Source: Trichomonas gallinae
Lineage: Eukaryota
Direction of reading: 5' to 3'
NCBI GenBank assembly: GCA_008369845.1
Contig: MRSU01001727.1
Coordinates: 1 to 42,040, forward strand
DNA length: 42,040 nucleotides
Shown: positions 21,489-32,691 of the stretch, in pieces
Layout: the number at the start of each line of letters is the position of its first letter
How positions within the stretch are numbered: the stretch's first letter is position 1
Translations under genes and position numbers: made by a program
Notes under the pieces: model-generated
Told to the model about the DNA's origin: nothing
What the model saw: the letters and a program-made list of their open reading frames with translations, nothing else
Databases searched by the model: none

Positions 21489-23219
21489 TTAGATTGATAA
21501 TCTATAAAGCTCAATATCAAGGATTGGTTCTCCATTAGAATTATCAACCAAAGGAGGGCTCTGGAATGTTTCGCATCTTTCGCTCATTAGGACATGGAAG
21601 CCATCCTCAATGTGTATTGCCGGTCTTGGACCTCCAATTGAAAATGCAGTTTTCGAAGCAGACTGATACAATGAGTTTGGAGGCGGTTCTTGCTTGTAGA
21701 CGACCAAAGGATCGAGAGAAAATACAAAAGTATTTGGCTTGCCGTAAAATCTTCCGTAAGCTGTGATTTCAGGATTTAGAGGGTCTCCTATGTATGCTCC
21801 AACGATCTTTTGTTTAGTTGTCTTGATGAGAAGCAGATATGGTGACTTTCTTGAGCATTTTTCGTAGAGAGAAATCATTGATGTTCCATCAACACTCATA
21901 GAAAAGACTCTATGTGCATTGTATCTTGATATGTGGGAAGGAAGCTGCTCTCTTAATAAGTAAAATGAGTCATTCGTCAATAATCTGCCGTTATGAACAG
22001 TTGGAACAGCGGATTCAGCGAGTTCTTTCTGGAGGCGGCGCTGATTCTCTTCAATTCCCTCTGCAGTGAATTTCATCATTGTATCTAATGCCAAAGTGCC
22101 GCGCATCGTGTCGCCAATATTAATTACGTCGACATTCTCGCAATCATCGCTCGACATTCTGCGCCTTGGCTCTATGAAGATGCTCGACACTATTGGTGAC
22201 ATCATTCCGAGTACATTCGCTGAAGTATAAAGAAGTGAATTTGTATCATTGCTTTCGTTGAGAGCTTTGAGTTCGAACTTGTCAATGTGACGAGGCCTGG
22301 ATAAGAAGATCTTGAATGAGTGCTCAAGGAACCTTTGCGTTGATGCTGGCGAAGATAACATATTCATGCCTCTTACAAGCGTATTTAGGAACTCTTCTGA
22401 CGTCTCACATTGCAAAAGTGATGTTTTTTCAATGTCAAATAAAGAAATTGCGAATCTGACAAGGATTTTCCTTCCTTCAGATACAAAACTGTCGAAAAGC
22501 GTTAAGGCGACATGAATTGGTGTGAAAGGAAGGAAGAAAACTGGAAACAATGCCAATCCGATCTGGGCAATGTCCAATCCAAGACTCGTCGCCTTTTTAT
22601 AAATTGCCGGGATTTTGCTACCGATAAGACCACGAAATCCTGACACTGATGCAATAAATGTCTCGCGTGTAAGCGTAAAATACCAAGAATTCTTTGTTGA
22701 TTTGTTAATCATCTGCTGAATCGTTAAATAAGCAAGTGAAGGTTCTAAATAGAGTAAAAGGAGGACAGCAACGGTTGGTATGAGTGGTGAAAACGTGATA
22801 TGTTTGTTCCGAACCCAGACAACATGCAGAAATTGCCGAACTTTTTCTGCCAACTCAGGATGAAGAAATGGAAGCAAGTCTATAGCACCGCCAAATGATG
22901 ATGTGGTGCTCATTGGTACTTTCATTGCACTTCTCAAAGCTGAAGGCCAAACATCTCCGGCTTGAGAGAGCAATTTAAGTCCTTTGCTTGCAACAAACCA
23001 CCACTTCCTTCTCATTGTATGTGGAATGCCAAATCTAAAGATTTGCTTCAAGTTCTCCGTTATTTTGGGCTCAAAATCAGGAATTGCTTTGAAAATTGTC
23101 AATCTTCGCTTTTCTTCGCTCTCCCACTCAGCGGGTTGCGTCACCTGTATCTCATTGTAGAATCCGAACATGTCCTCGGATGATAGTTTCCACTCTCGCA
23201 TAAGATGTTCATAAAACAT
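21489..23219 (-). CDS. TBC + TLDc domain protein (TBC1D24/Skywalker-like)
   Basis: RFGIPHTMRRKWW, ITFSPLIPTVAVLLL and FDSFVSEGRKIL (TBC); FSMSVDGTSMISLY, VGAY, FYGKPNTFVF, CETFQSPPL and IELY (TLDc). Confidence 0.9.
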   Translation of the reverse strand: MFYEHLMREWKLSSEDMFGFYNEIQVTQPAEWESEEKRRLTIFKAIPDFEPKITENLKQIFRFGIPHTMRRKWWFVASKGLKLLSQAGDVWPSALRSAMKVPMSTTSSFGGAIDLLPFLHPELAEKVRQFLHVVWVRNKHITFSPLIPTVAVLLLLYLEPSLAYLTIQQMINKSTKNSWYFTLTRETFIASVSGFRGLIGSKIPAIYKKATSLGLDIAQIGLALFPVFFLPFTPIHVALTLFDSFVSEGRKILVRFAISLFDIEKTSLLQCETSEEFLNTLVRGMNMLSSPASTQRFLEHSFKIFLSRPRHIDKFELKALNESNDTNSLLYTSANVLGMMSPIVSSIFIEPRRRMSSDDCENVDVINIGDTMRGTLALDTMMKFTAEGIEENQRRLQKELAESAVPTVHNGRLLTNDSFYLLREQLPSHISRYNAHRVFSMSVDGTSMISLYEKCSRKSPYLLLIKTTKQKIVGAYIGDPLNPEITAYGRFYGKPNTFVFSLDPLVVYKQEPPPNSLYQSASKTAFSIGGPRPAIHIEDGFHVLMSERCETFQSPPLVDNSNGEPILDIELYRLSI

Positions 23220-23432
23220 TAAAAAGTGTCAAAAATATCGAATTTTGATTTTAGTCGTAAAAATATAGCTTATGATATAGTGAATACGATTTTGGTTTCC
23301 AAATTATTTGAAAACGCAGCGGTTTCGAGATAACACAATTTAATAGGCGATTTTATGACTATTAACTTGCAAATTATGCATATATCAGGAATTTTGCTTA
23401 ATGGTTGATTTGTCTGAAAATTTTCGAAACAT

Positions 23433-23745
23433 TTTACGGGCGTAAAAGTTTTACAAAAAATATCCCAAATCTATCATTATCATTTTATCATTATTTTCAA
23501 TTTAAATTAGAATTCAAAATTATCGTTGAAGTTTGAATAAAAAATAATCGTTGTATTTTTGCGACATCATAATAATTTTGTTAAATTTTTGATTAGCTAG
23601 AAAATTATCATCATTACAAGAGTTTACGGGCGCAGAAGAATTTTTAAGATTGATCTAAAACCCTATATATATATTATTTGATTATTTTTGATTTAAATTA
23701 CTGCTCAAAAATTTAGTTGAAGTTTGAATGGAAAATAATCGTATG
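23433..23745. repeat. Two degenerate ~190-bp-period direct repeats
   Basis: tttacgggcg at 23433 and 23623, each followed by atttaaatta, gttgaagtttgaat and aaaataatcgt blocks in the same order. Confidence 0.75.
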
Positions 23746-24431
23746 ATAAAGATTTTGATTTTTGCGAAATCATTTGAATAATACAACAAATTCAATGCTA
23801 TTTATAAATTTTCTATTTCTGCTATTTGATTGTAAACAATTTTTTGCAACAATTACCAACAGTCGACATATGGTACTTTTCATTTCATATTTACAACATA
23901 TCAATCATTTATAATCTATATACAAAACGAACATCTCATAATCTTGTTTTTTCGCTCTTAAAATTTAATAAACAACAGTACTACTAACGGATTTATGATA
24001 TTTTATTGCAATTACATTTTAGATTAGCTTATATAGATATTATTTAAATGATTTAGAACTTTCTAATGTTTATTTTGATTTTGATTTCAATTCGAAACGG
24101 TGTAAAAATAATCGTTTGAATGATTCTATATCACAAAATAGTTTATATTGATTATATCTAGCATGATTAAGAAGTGAAATTTGGCGTTTGCCATTGATTG
24201 AATGAAAATTTCTAACTTTTCAAAACAAAATCTTATAAATTTTGCTAATTTGTTTTCATTATTGTCATCCTAACATTCAAAGCAGACAAGAGTAAAAATC
24301 ACTTTTTTATTTCAATAAACAAAAAGTTGTTATTGTTGCATTTATTCAAGAAACTGGTAATCTATATAATGATTACTAAAATCAAAAAAACAAAAATTGA
24401 AAGAGTGTGTTTGATTCTGATAATAAGGAGG

Positions 24432-25031
24432 ATGTTAGAGTCTGGTGCAGATCAGACAGTTGAAGAGTTCTGCAATTGTGGTTCTATCATCATCAGTGGT
24501 CGGTTCATCGAAGAGGATGAAATATTTGAAGGAAATCCTCGTGTCGCGGAAAGAATCAAATCGAATTTTCAGACCATCATGGTCTCTGAGCCAAATGGAA
24601 TCGTAGTTAAGAGACTATCCGATGTAAGCATCGTACAACCGCATTCGAACATGTTCGATATCGTTTGCCAAAAATGCAAAATCGGATACAGATTGATATT
24701 AGGAAGGGATTTATGTTACTCATGCAGGCTTGATGATTGCTTGATTCAGGCCGTCCCGAGTAAATCCTCGGTACTCAAGAGGCCAATGTCTTCATACTTC
24801 CCAATCAACCTAAGAAGGTTTGTTATGGAACAAATACCAGACCCCACTGCTGCATTCATTGCGCAGGCAAAGTCTGTTTACTCGTCAACGTTCCCAATGA
24901 ACCAATGTCTGCCCGAAATGGATGATGATGCGGATTTTGACATGATGTTTTCTTCCAAGCAACAGTGCATCGTCGGGTCATTCACTGACCAGTGGATTTT
25001 GAGTCCCGAATTCTCTTTGGACCAGCAATAA
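24432..25031 (+). CDS. Hypothetical protein with CxC...CxxC putative zinc site
   Basis: ORF with coding-like GC from ATG 24432; FCNCG and CQKC motifs. Confidence 0.7.
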   Translation: MLESGADQTVEEFCNCGSIIISGRFIEEDEIFEGNPRVAERIKSNFQTIMVSEPNGIVVKRLSDVSIVQPHSNMFDIVCQKCKIGYRLILGRDLCYSCRLDDCLIQAVPSKSSVLKRPMSSYFPINLRRFVMEQIPDPTAAFIAQAKSVYSSTFPMNQCLPEMDDDADFDMMFSSKQQCIVGSFTDQWILSPEFSLDQQ

Positions 25032-25479
25032 TTAGATTTTTTTATATTAATAGAAATAAATGTATGTCTCGTGAAATAAGTGGATTTAATCTACCAACAT
25101 CCACAGGATTGTACTAAGGTAATATATGGCGATCAATGATTAATGGCCATGCATTGCTGGTGATATACATGTCTACAGTAGTAAATAAAGAGATAGAGTT
25201 TTACCAATTGATCCTTTTTCTGAATCCGATTCTTTCTTTACTCTATTTTTCGAATCTCGATACATTTCAAATTCAGGACAGTATATAAAAATTACAATAA
25301 GACTAAGATTTGCATGTGTTATATAGTGCAGATTTAGTAATAAAAATCGTTAAAAGCAAATTTAATTATGGAAAATAAATTTCAAATCTAAGTTGAGCGT
25401 TATAAGCTAAATGATTGGTCTTAAAAGAAGCAGTGGATATAAAAACTACAATACATTTTATTAATAAAAAAATACATGA

Positions 25480-26667
25480 TTAATTTGTTGCATACATGAT
25501 GAAATTCTCAGGGGCATCTGGTAAACCTTTAGCTGTCTGAGAGTTGCATGATCTTATTAGTGGTCTATGAGAATTATGTTGCTTGAGGATGTTTCCAAGC
25601 TTACTCCTTGTTGACAATGAAGCTAATATAGGTTTCTTAGGATTTACAATGGAAACTGTCTGTGTTTTTCCATGCTTATAGTACATATCTAGGAAATCTT
25701 CTGATGGAAGGAAAATTGTTTGGTCACGCTTTATATAGCCAAGCGGGTCAAGAGCAATTGGTTTCATATCTGTTTTATCTACGAAAAGGACAGCAGCTTT
25801 ATTTCCAGTCGTTCCGCAGTAATTTGATGATGAAAAGACTGTAATTAACTTACCACCGAACATCAGCTGGTATCCATCCATCACGCATTCATGTCCTCTA
25901 AGTACATACGAGATATTATTGTTAGCGCAGAAATTTTGAAATGCTGTAACACCGAATAAGAAGCCTGTTTTCCTTCTGCTTGGAGCAAAGTGATCATCAT
26001 TTCTGTTGGGATCAGACCAAAGCAAGCCGGTTAAGATAGGATCGTTATTATAATCTGAAATTGGACGCTGAAATTGCTTGAGTTGTTCCAATGAAACAAA
26101 ATCTGGCGATATTCCTCCGTGAATGCACAACACTTTATTGAACAATTTCGCTGCTAACGGCATCGACGCAAATGAATTTATGATCGTCTCGTACAACTTT
26201 GTTCTAGGGTAGTGTGTTTCGCATTCGGTTGAGAATATTTGCGATGAATTGAAATTTGAGAAGAATTCATGATTTCCGCGAATCATGTAAACATTCTTAG
26301 GGTACAAAACCTTGAATGCGTATATAAATATGACTGTCTCTAGTGAGTATTCGCCTCTGTCGATATAATCTCCAAGGAAAATGTAGCTCTGTCTTGGTGG
26401 GAATCCATAATTTCTAAAAATTCTCAGCAAATCGAGAAGATGCCCGTGTAAATCGCCAACTACTAGTATAGGTTGATTTATTTCAAGTAATATCGGTTCG
26501 GTTTGAAAGATTTTGTCAACTTCTTGGCAAATTTTTTGTAATTGTAAAACTGGAAAGTGTGGTAGTACTAATTTCTCCTTCCCCTCTATAACGTCGTCTA
26601 TGTTCTCTGTTAGAATACCTTCAATGCTCCTAACAACACCAACACAGTTGTAATAAGTTTCATTCAT
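25480..26667 (-). CDS. Ser/Thr protein phosphatase, PPP family (PP1-like)
   Basis: GDLHG, GDYIDRG, RGNHE, HGG, WSDP, RGHE and FSSSNYC motifs. Confidence 0.95.
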   Translation of the reverse strand: MNETYYNCVGVVRSIEGILTENIDDVIEGKEKLVLPHFPVLQLQKICQEVDKIFQTEPILLEINQPILVVGDLHGHLLDLLRIFRNYGFPPRQSYIFLGDYIDRGEYSLETVIFIYAFKVLYPKNVYMIRGNHEFFSNFNSSQIFSTECETHYPRTKLYETIINSFASMPLAAKLFNKVLCIHGGISPDFVSLEQLKQFQRPISDYNNDPILTGLLWSDPNRNDDHFAPSRRKTGFLFGVTAFQNFCANNNISYVLRGHECVMDGYQLMFGGKLITVFSSSNYCGTTGNKAAVLFVDKTDMKPIALDPLGYIKRDQTIFLPSEDFLDMYYKHGKTQTVSIVNPKKPILASLSTRSKLGNILKQHNSHRPLIRSCNSQTAKGLPDAPENFIMYATN

Positions 26668-28723
26668 TTTTTTGAAGATTCAAATTTTTAAAAATTTTTG
26701 ATTGGTCAGGTTATAATTAAAGATATAAACGTCTTATATAGCTTTCTCTCAAAACAATTTTTGAGAGCATTACAAAAAATTATAAACAAATAAATCTTAA
26801 TCTCTTATATATAACTAACAATATTCTCCGATCAAAAATTTGTATAAAAATTCAAGAAATAAAAACAATTTTTAAAAAAAATAATGTTTTTAGAACATTT
26901 TGATAACTTTTTTAAAGAAATTTTTAATAAAAATCATACCATTTTAACTATTGATTGATTTACAGCTTAAAAAAAAATCAATAAATAAAATTTACAGTTC
27001 TCAAATTTTTTTTTCTGGCGGTTTTTCATTTTATTCTTCAGTAATTATCGGGGTCTTGACTGAAAATATATCATTTCATTTGCAGAAATGCTATTAGACC
27101 ACAAAAGGCAAGTGTTTTGATTATATTTATCAAAGCATTATTTATATTATTCGACATTTCAAATTAATATTCCGATAAAATCGTTTCTTATCATACTAAA
27201 TAATCAATATTTACAAAATATACATTCAAATTTTCTTTCATGATTGATCAAAAAGTCATTTTTTGTACAAATTATTAATATCATTTTTAAAAACCCGACA
27301 ACTAACTTGTTTTATGAGCAAAAACACGTCATTACATACAAGATTTACCATTCAATTTCTGTTATGCAAACAGTTTCTTTATTAAAAATATTATTGATGA
27401 AATATAATCGCATTCTGTATCGGATAATGATATATATGCATACATGTTCATGATAAATTTACAATACACATTATCTATTACGGCTTTTGTTTTTTAATTT
27501 CTAAAACAAAAAATATCAATTTTATAAAATGTTTACTCTTGAATATTAACCTAGCATTATTTTATCGATCTTGACAACTCTTAATGATTTTAAGATATTA
27601 ATTTTTTATAAAATATTTATTTTTGTTTTCAATTCTGTCATACATATGTATTCATATACATTCATCTGTTGTCTATATACAATATAGAGAAACAACATTT
27701 TCTTAAGATTATTAAAAATTTTTGAATTAGACTCAAAAATTTTCGCGCGAACATAAAAATCCAATTGCTTCTAAGGAACATCATACAATGCTATGTACCC
27801 ACATCAATTTAAAATTCCACCAACAGATTATTTTTTCAACATCGGAGAAAAAAATCATGTGAAGTCGGTATAAGACATTAAATTATGCATGAACATCTTG
27901 AATATAAAACGCTCCTCATTGTTTTGAATTGAAAGCGAATGAAATTTGTGAAGAAGCGTACTTAACATTTTTTATAGACTTATTTGAAGTCGAGAACAAA
28001 ATTATGGATACAATAAGCCTATGGATAATATGGATACATCAAAATCACTCAAAAGCGCCGATCAAAACACAATTGACTTCAACCTGAGTAATTCTCAACT
28101 TTTCACTGATAATCTTCATTGAAAGAGCAGCTTGAATATGCACGATAAATGTAGGATATGACCCTAGACCAAATTATGCAAACTGGTGTAATTTTGCCAG
28201 TTTTCAAAATTTATTTTTTTTTGCGTCATCGATCGTTTTTATATATGTCATTAAAGCTATTTTTACAATGAACGATTATTAATTCAAAAAATTGATTTTT
28301 GTAAACAATCAATTTATTTTTATTATAAATCTACACATATAAATTTATATATTAATTTGAATTTTTTTTGTCAGAATTAAGGCAATTTTTCAAAAACAAT
28401 TAAAAAGATGATATATAGAATATACATATTATAATGATATTATTTTTATGGTTTTTAAAAATTATCAATAATGATTATATTGGTAGATAAGAGAGATAGT
28501 CTATTATGAATAAAAATGTTTTGGTCAGTGAATATTTAAATATTTAAATTATTGCGAATTGTATCAAATTTTCAAAACTCACACAAATAATTGTGAGCAT
28601 ATTTTTAACAACAGGAAATATTGCTTGTCTATATATCAGAAATGTTTTTATCAAGTTATTGACAAAATCAAGAATTACGCGAAATGAAATCATAATGGAA
28701 ATTATTTTTATTCTTGATTCCCG

Positions 28724-30643
28724 ATGTCATTGATCAATACCACGATAACAGCTCTCTCATTATCACATTCTTATGCTCCCACAGCATATATTACTGCTGC
28801 AAAGAACTCTTTTATCACAAATTTGGATATTTCAAGGAGTCAATTCAAATATTTCAGCTCCAACTTCTTAGCATCATACAAGACAGCTATTAACCTCAAT
28901 GTATCATACTCCAAGTTTAAATGTTTTGCTGACACTGCTGTTACATTATCTAATGAGTATCCAGATCAGCCTACTGACTATGATCAGTCATTCAGAACAG
29001 CAACAACAACTAATTTCTATTACAGTGCATTCGTTAAATGCACAAGTCAGAAAGCGGAACAAACATGGGATACAAAATCCGGTGGTGCCATTTACTTCCA
29101 GCTTGAAACATCAGATATTACTTTCAACCATTGCAGTTTTGCTTCTTGCTACTCAGCCATGTACTGCGGATCTTTGTATGTAAAGGCTAAAAACACAACT
29201 TTCATCAATACATGTGTTAACGACTCACAGGCTGCAAAGGGTGGATCTGTTTCATTATTTAGACCATATGACACCATAACAATGACAGGAAACAGTATTC
29301 TCGGATGCCATTGCCCATTAGCAATAACACAAATGGTCCAGTTCTATGTTTCCAAGATATTCAATTACAAAACATGCAACACATCCCACTGCTCCTCCAA
29401 TGGTCAATCTACAGGAATGGAGATTTTTAATTGTGATGGAACTCATTTGAAAGCACAGTATAATACATACTATAGCAACCAAGGAAGATCAATCTTACAC
29501 ATTCTCCAGTCAACTGGAGTCTATATCAGTAACAGCAACTTCATTGATAATACTAAAACAATCAATGGCGCAGTCTTCTTCATGCCAGGTGATCCAAACA
29601 GTGGATTAAATATTGACAGTTGCTACTTCAGCGGCAATACAGTAAACTACAGCAACTTTGGCGGCTCAATTAAAGTTATTGGATCAAATGTCTACGTTGA
29701 TCAAAGTGTTTCATCTTTCTGCCACCTCGGATTCACTTTCACACCACCACAAACACCATCTTCCACTCCATCATCAACACCTTCCAGCACTCCATCTTCC
29801 ACTCCATCAAGCACTCCATTCTCAACACCGTCTTCTACACCATCAAGCACTCCATCAAGCACTCCATTCTCAACACCGTCTTCTACACCATCAAGCACTC
29901 CTTCATTCACACCTTCAAGTACCGCATCATCCACTCCATCGTCTACACCATCATCAACACCACCAAGTACTCCATCTTCAACACCATCATCCACACCATC
30001 AAGCACTCCTTCAAGTACTCCAGATCACACTGTCACACCTATTGAAACATCTACCGAGACACCAACAGAAATATTTGATGAAACAACAACCACAACATCT
30101 GATGCATCTGATGAACCAACTACGACTACAACCACAGAAGGATCTGATGAACCAGAAACACCAACAAATGATAACTCAGGGACATCTACAAAGACCGAAG
30201 AAGAAGTAATTGTTGTTGATCCAACAGCGACACTGGCTCCAGCATCATCAGCCAACTCTAATAATGCAGCAGGCAGCAGTAATTCTGTAGAAACCTCAAA
30301 GTCAGAAGGCCAAAAGAGAGGCAGTACGAAGAAGAAAGGCCTCAACATCTGGATCATCGTTGGTGTAATTGTTGGCGCTCTTCTTGTCATTGGCGCAATC
30401 ATTGCTATCGTTATCCTCATGAAGAGGAATGGCGAAGATTCATCTTCTATCACGTATTCCGCTGAAATGGAGGAGACAGTTATCCACCCAACAATAACAA
30501 CGACAACATCAATGGACACAGCACCATTCGTTACATATGTCGTTGAAGGACTTTCAGATGAAGACCAGGAGATTGATCCATTTGCAACAGACTTCAACAC
30601 ACAAGATGAAGACAACCCATTCAATCTCAACAATGATGAGTAA
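28724..30643 (+). CDS. Type I surface protein: Pmp-like beta-helix ectodomain, Ser/Thr/Pro stalk, TM and acidic tail
   Basis: GGAIY/CGSLY/GGSV/NGAVF and FxxC/FxxN repeats; TPSS array; TM IWIIVGVIVGALLVIGAIIAIVILM; tail with DPF and NPF. Confidence 0.85.
   Translation: MSLINTTITALSLSHSYAPTAYITAAKNSFITNLDISRSQFKYFSSNFLASYKTAINLNVSYSKFKCFADTAVTLSNEYPDQPTDYDQSFRTATTTNFYYSAFVKCTSQKAEQTWDTKSGGAIYFQLETSDITFNHCSFASCYSAMYCGSLYVKAKNTTFINTCVNDSQAAKGGSVSLFRPYDTITMTGNSILGCHCPLAITQMVQFYVSKIFNYKTCNTSHCSSNGQSTGMEIFNCDGTHLKAQYNTYYSNQGRSILHILQSTGVYISNSNFIDNTKTINGAVFFMPGDPNSGLNIDSCYFSGNTVNYSNFGGSIKVIGSNVYVDQSVSSFCHLGFTFTPPQTPSSTPSSTPSSTPSSTPSSTPFSTPSSTPSSTPSSTPFSTPSSTPSSTPSFTPSSTASSTPSSTPSSTPPSTPSSTPSSTPSSTPSSTPDHTVTPIETSTETPTEIFDETTTTTSDASDEPTTTTTTEGSDEPETPTNDNSGTSTKTEEEVIVVDPTATLAPASSANSNNAAGSSNSVETSKSEGQKRGSTKKKGLNIWIIVGVIVGALLVIGAIIAIVILMKRNGEDSSSITYSAEMEETVIHPTITTTTSMDTAPFVTYVVEGLSDEDQEIDPFATDFNTQDEDNPFNLNNDE
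29753..30016 (+). repeat. 12-bp coding repeat, 22 TPSS-like units
   Basis: Counted from the translation; includes a 48-bp higher-order duplication (the TPFS-containing unit). Confidence 0.95.
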
Positions 30644-31371
30644 TTCCATTATTGATTGTTTGATTTATAAACATGAATGTATGTTATTTATATAGAGTAA
30701 ATATATGTCTATTCTTTCATATTCTTTATATATTTAAAGAAATCAAATCTAAATCTAGACAAAATCATATGCTAATAGATATGTTTCTTCGTTTTAAACC
30801 ATTACAAATTTCATATATTTATTATTGCTACATGTATTCAGCCTTAAAAGCAATCATAAACAATGAAACAATTGATCTTTTAATATTGAATCGTAGCCAG
30901 ATACATTAAATCTTTATATGATAAATGTTTTAATTAAACCGTGCAACTAGTCAATAATCTTAGTTTAATATTCTGAGAATTTTACAAAGATGAGATTTCG
31001 GACTATCTCTCATGGAATTAAACTTATCTCATGTAGGCTAATAAATATACCGATTACCAGTCTATAACGTTATTGATAAATTAGATCATATAAAAAAGAA
31101 ACTTGAATCTCGTTCAATGAATTACAAAGTTAAAGATATCAAAGAAATTATAGTTCACAATTTCATTAAGAGCATCAAAACCATTGGTTTTTGATTCTCG
31201 GAATCATTTGTCAATTTGAATGACTCTGATTACTTCTAATGTATACAGAATAGAATACATTATTGGATTTTAATTAGAAACATATATACTATCGCTTTAT
31301 AATCAAATTTAATAATGTTCATATAAAACGATTGAAATGCACTGTATATATGAGGTACAAGAAAATCTGTT

Positions 31372-32432
31372 ATGTCAGTTTTCATAAATCGGGAAGGAAT
31401 CACACTTGAATCAGGTCTCTATTGAATCTTGATTCAAGTCTCTATTGAAAACAAAATGCTTGGATTTGTTAAATCCACATTTTCTGCTGATAGAATGTAT
31501 GTTGAATTGTTATATTCATACAATAACAATAAATGTACAAATTATAATATTTCATTAGATCCAGGGCTATATAGGTTTGAATTATGGGGTGTTTCAGGAG
31601 GGTATAACAATGATGAACCAGAAAAAGGCGGCCATAGAGCATATACGTCAGGAAATTTAATTCTTTACAAGTGACAGTCTTTTTACATATATCTCGGCAG
31701 CCAAGGATGCTATCTCTGCCAAAATGGATATAATGGTGGAGAAAATGCTCTGGCATCAAAATTAGATGGCCACAGTGCCTCAGAAGGAGGTGCATCAGAT
31801 ATTAGATTGATAAATGGTAACTGGGATAATTTCGATTCACTGAAGTCAAGAATCATGATTGTTTCCTCGAATGGTGCTGGATCAGTATACTACCACAGAT
31901 TAGTACAAGGAGGCCATGGAGGTGCTTTAGTTGGTCTTCCAGACACTTCCTATCAATGGTGTGAAACTCCATACTGGCTGACAAATTCATCTGGTGGAAC
32001 TCAAAATTCTCCATGAATATCAAGCATAATGACCCTAATCAAGGGGGTCATACACTAGATGCAAATTATGGCTCTGGATGAAGTAGTGGCTATTTTGGAG
32101 ATGGATCTAGATCAGTAGTTGCTTGCCACGTTTCATATGGATCATGTGTATCTTCATTCATTTCAGGGATGAATGAGTGCAATTTGTTTTCATCTTATTC
32201 ACTCTCCACATTCAAAATGAATAGAGCTCCCTATACAATTGTTCCAGACTACAAGTTCTCATCACCAATGATGATTTCTGGTGATAAGATCTCTTATTTT
32301 GGGATTGGAAAAGCTCGCATTACTATATTTGACGGAATTTATTGCTTCAAAAACATGGTAATCTGCTACATGCCTCACATAGTATATCCAAGCATTCCAC
32401 TTCATGTTTTCGTGCTTTTGTTTGATAAATAA
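31372..32432 (+). pseudogene. Pseudogene of the glycine-rich family (ALK/LTK Gly-rich-like; often labelled loricrin/PE-PGRS-like in trichomonads)
   Basis: PGLYRFELWGVSGG, AYTSG, FYIYLG, GGASDIRL, SLKSRIMIV, GYFG, SSFISG and GIGKARIT occur in order. In-frame TGA at 31672 and 32014, and a frameshift near 32020. Confidence 0.85.
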
Positions 32433-32691
32433 CATATTTCATTATATAATTATTTTAAGACAAAAATGAGAATGATGTGTGAGTATTAACTCGAAAAGTT
32501 TAAAGTTTAGATAATGTATAGACAGTACATAATCGAGGAAATATTTCCTGCATAATTTTTATTATTTCCTGCAACCATAACATACACATGCGATTTTTTT
32601 AAGACTTGACTTTTGAATTATGGTTTATAAAACTTTTTTTTTTATATTAACATACAGAAATAAACAATATATTTACAAAACAGGATAGTAA

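Noticed and set aside
567..23219. Functional cluster of trafficking genes (BARs, adaptin, Rab, TBC)
   Set aside because: These families are greatly expanded in trichomonads, so co-location is expected by chance
24424..24434. Shine-Dalgarno-like TAAGGAGG before ATG 24432
   Set aside because: Zero spacing to the ATG and a eukaryotic context; probably chance
27770..28200. Possible decayed coding fragment
   Set aside because: Composition looks coding-like, but I recognise no motif and see no sustained frame
29658..30633. His-rich + strand ORF and antisense ORFs over the surface-protein gene
   Set aside because: Shadow frames of the TPSS repeat and of codon bias
13547..32016. Stop-codon reassignment suggested by in-frame TAA/TGA
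   Set aside because: TAA, TAG and TGA all terminate intact genes here, and the internal TGA stops occur in a gene that also has a frameshift
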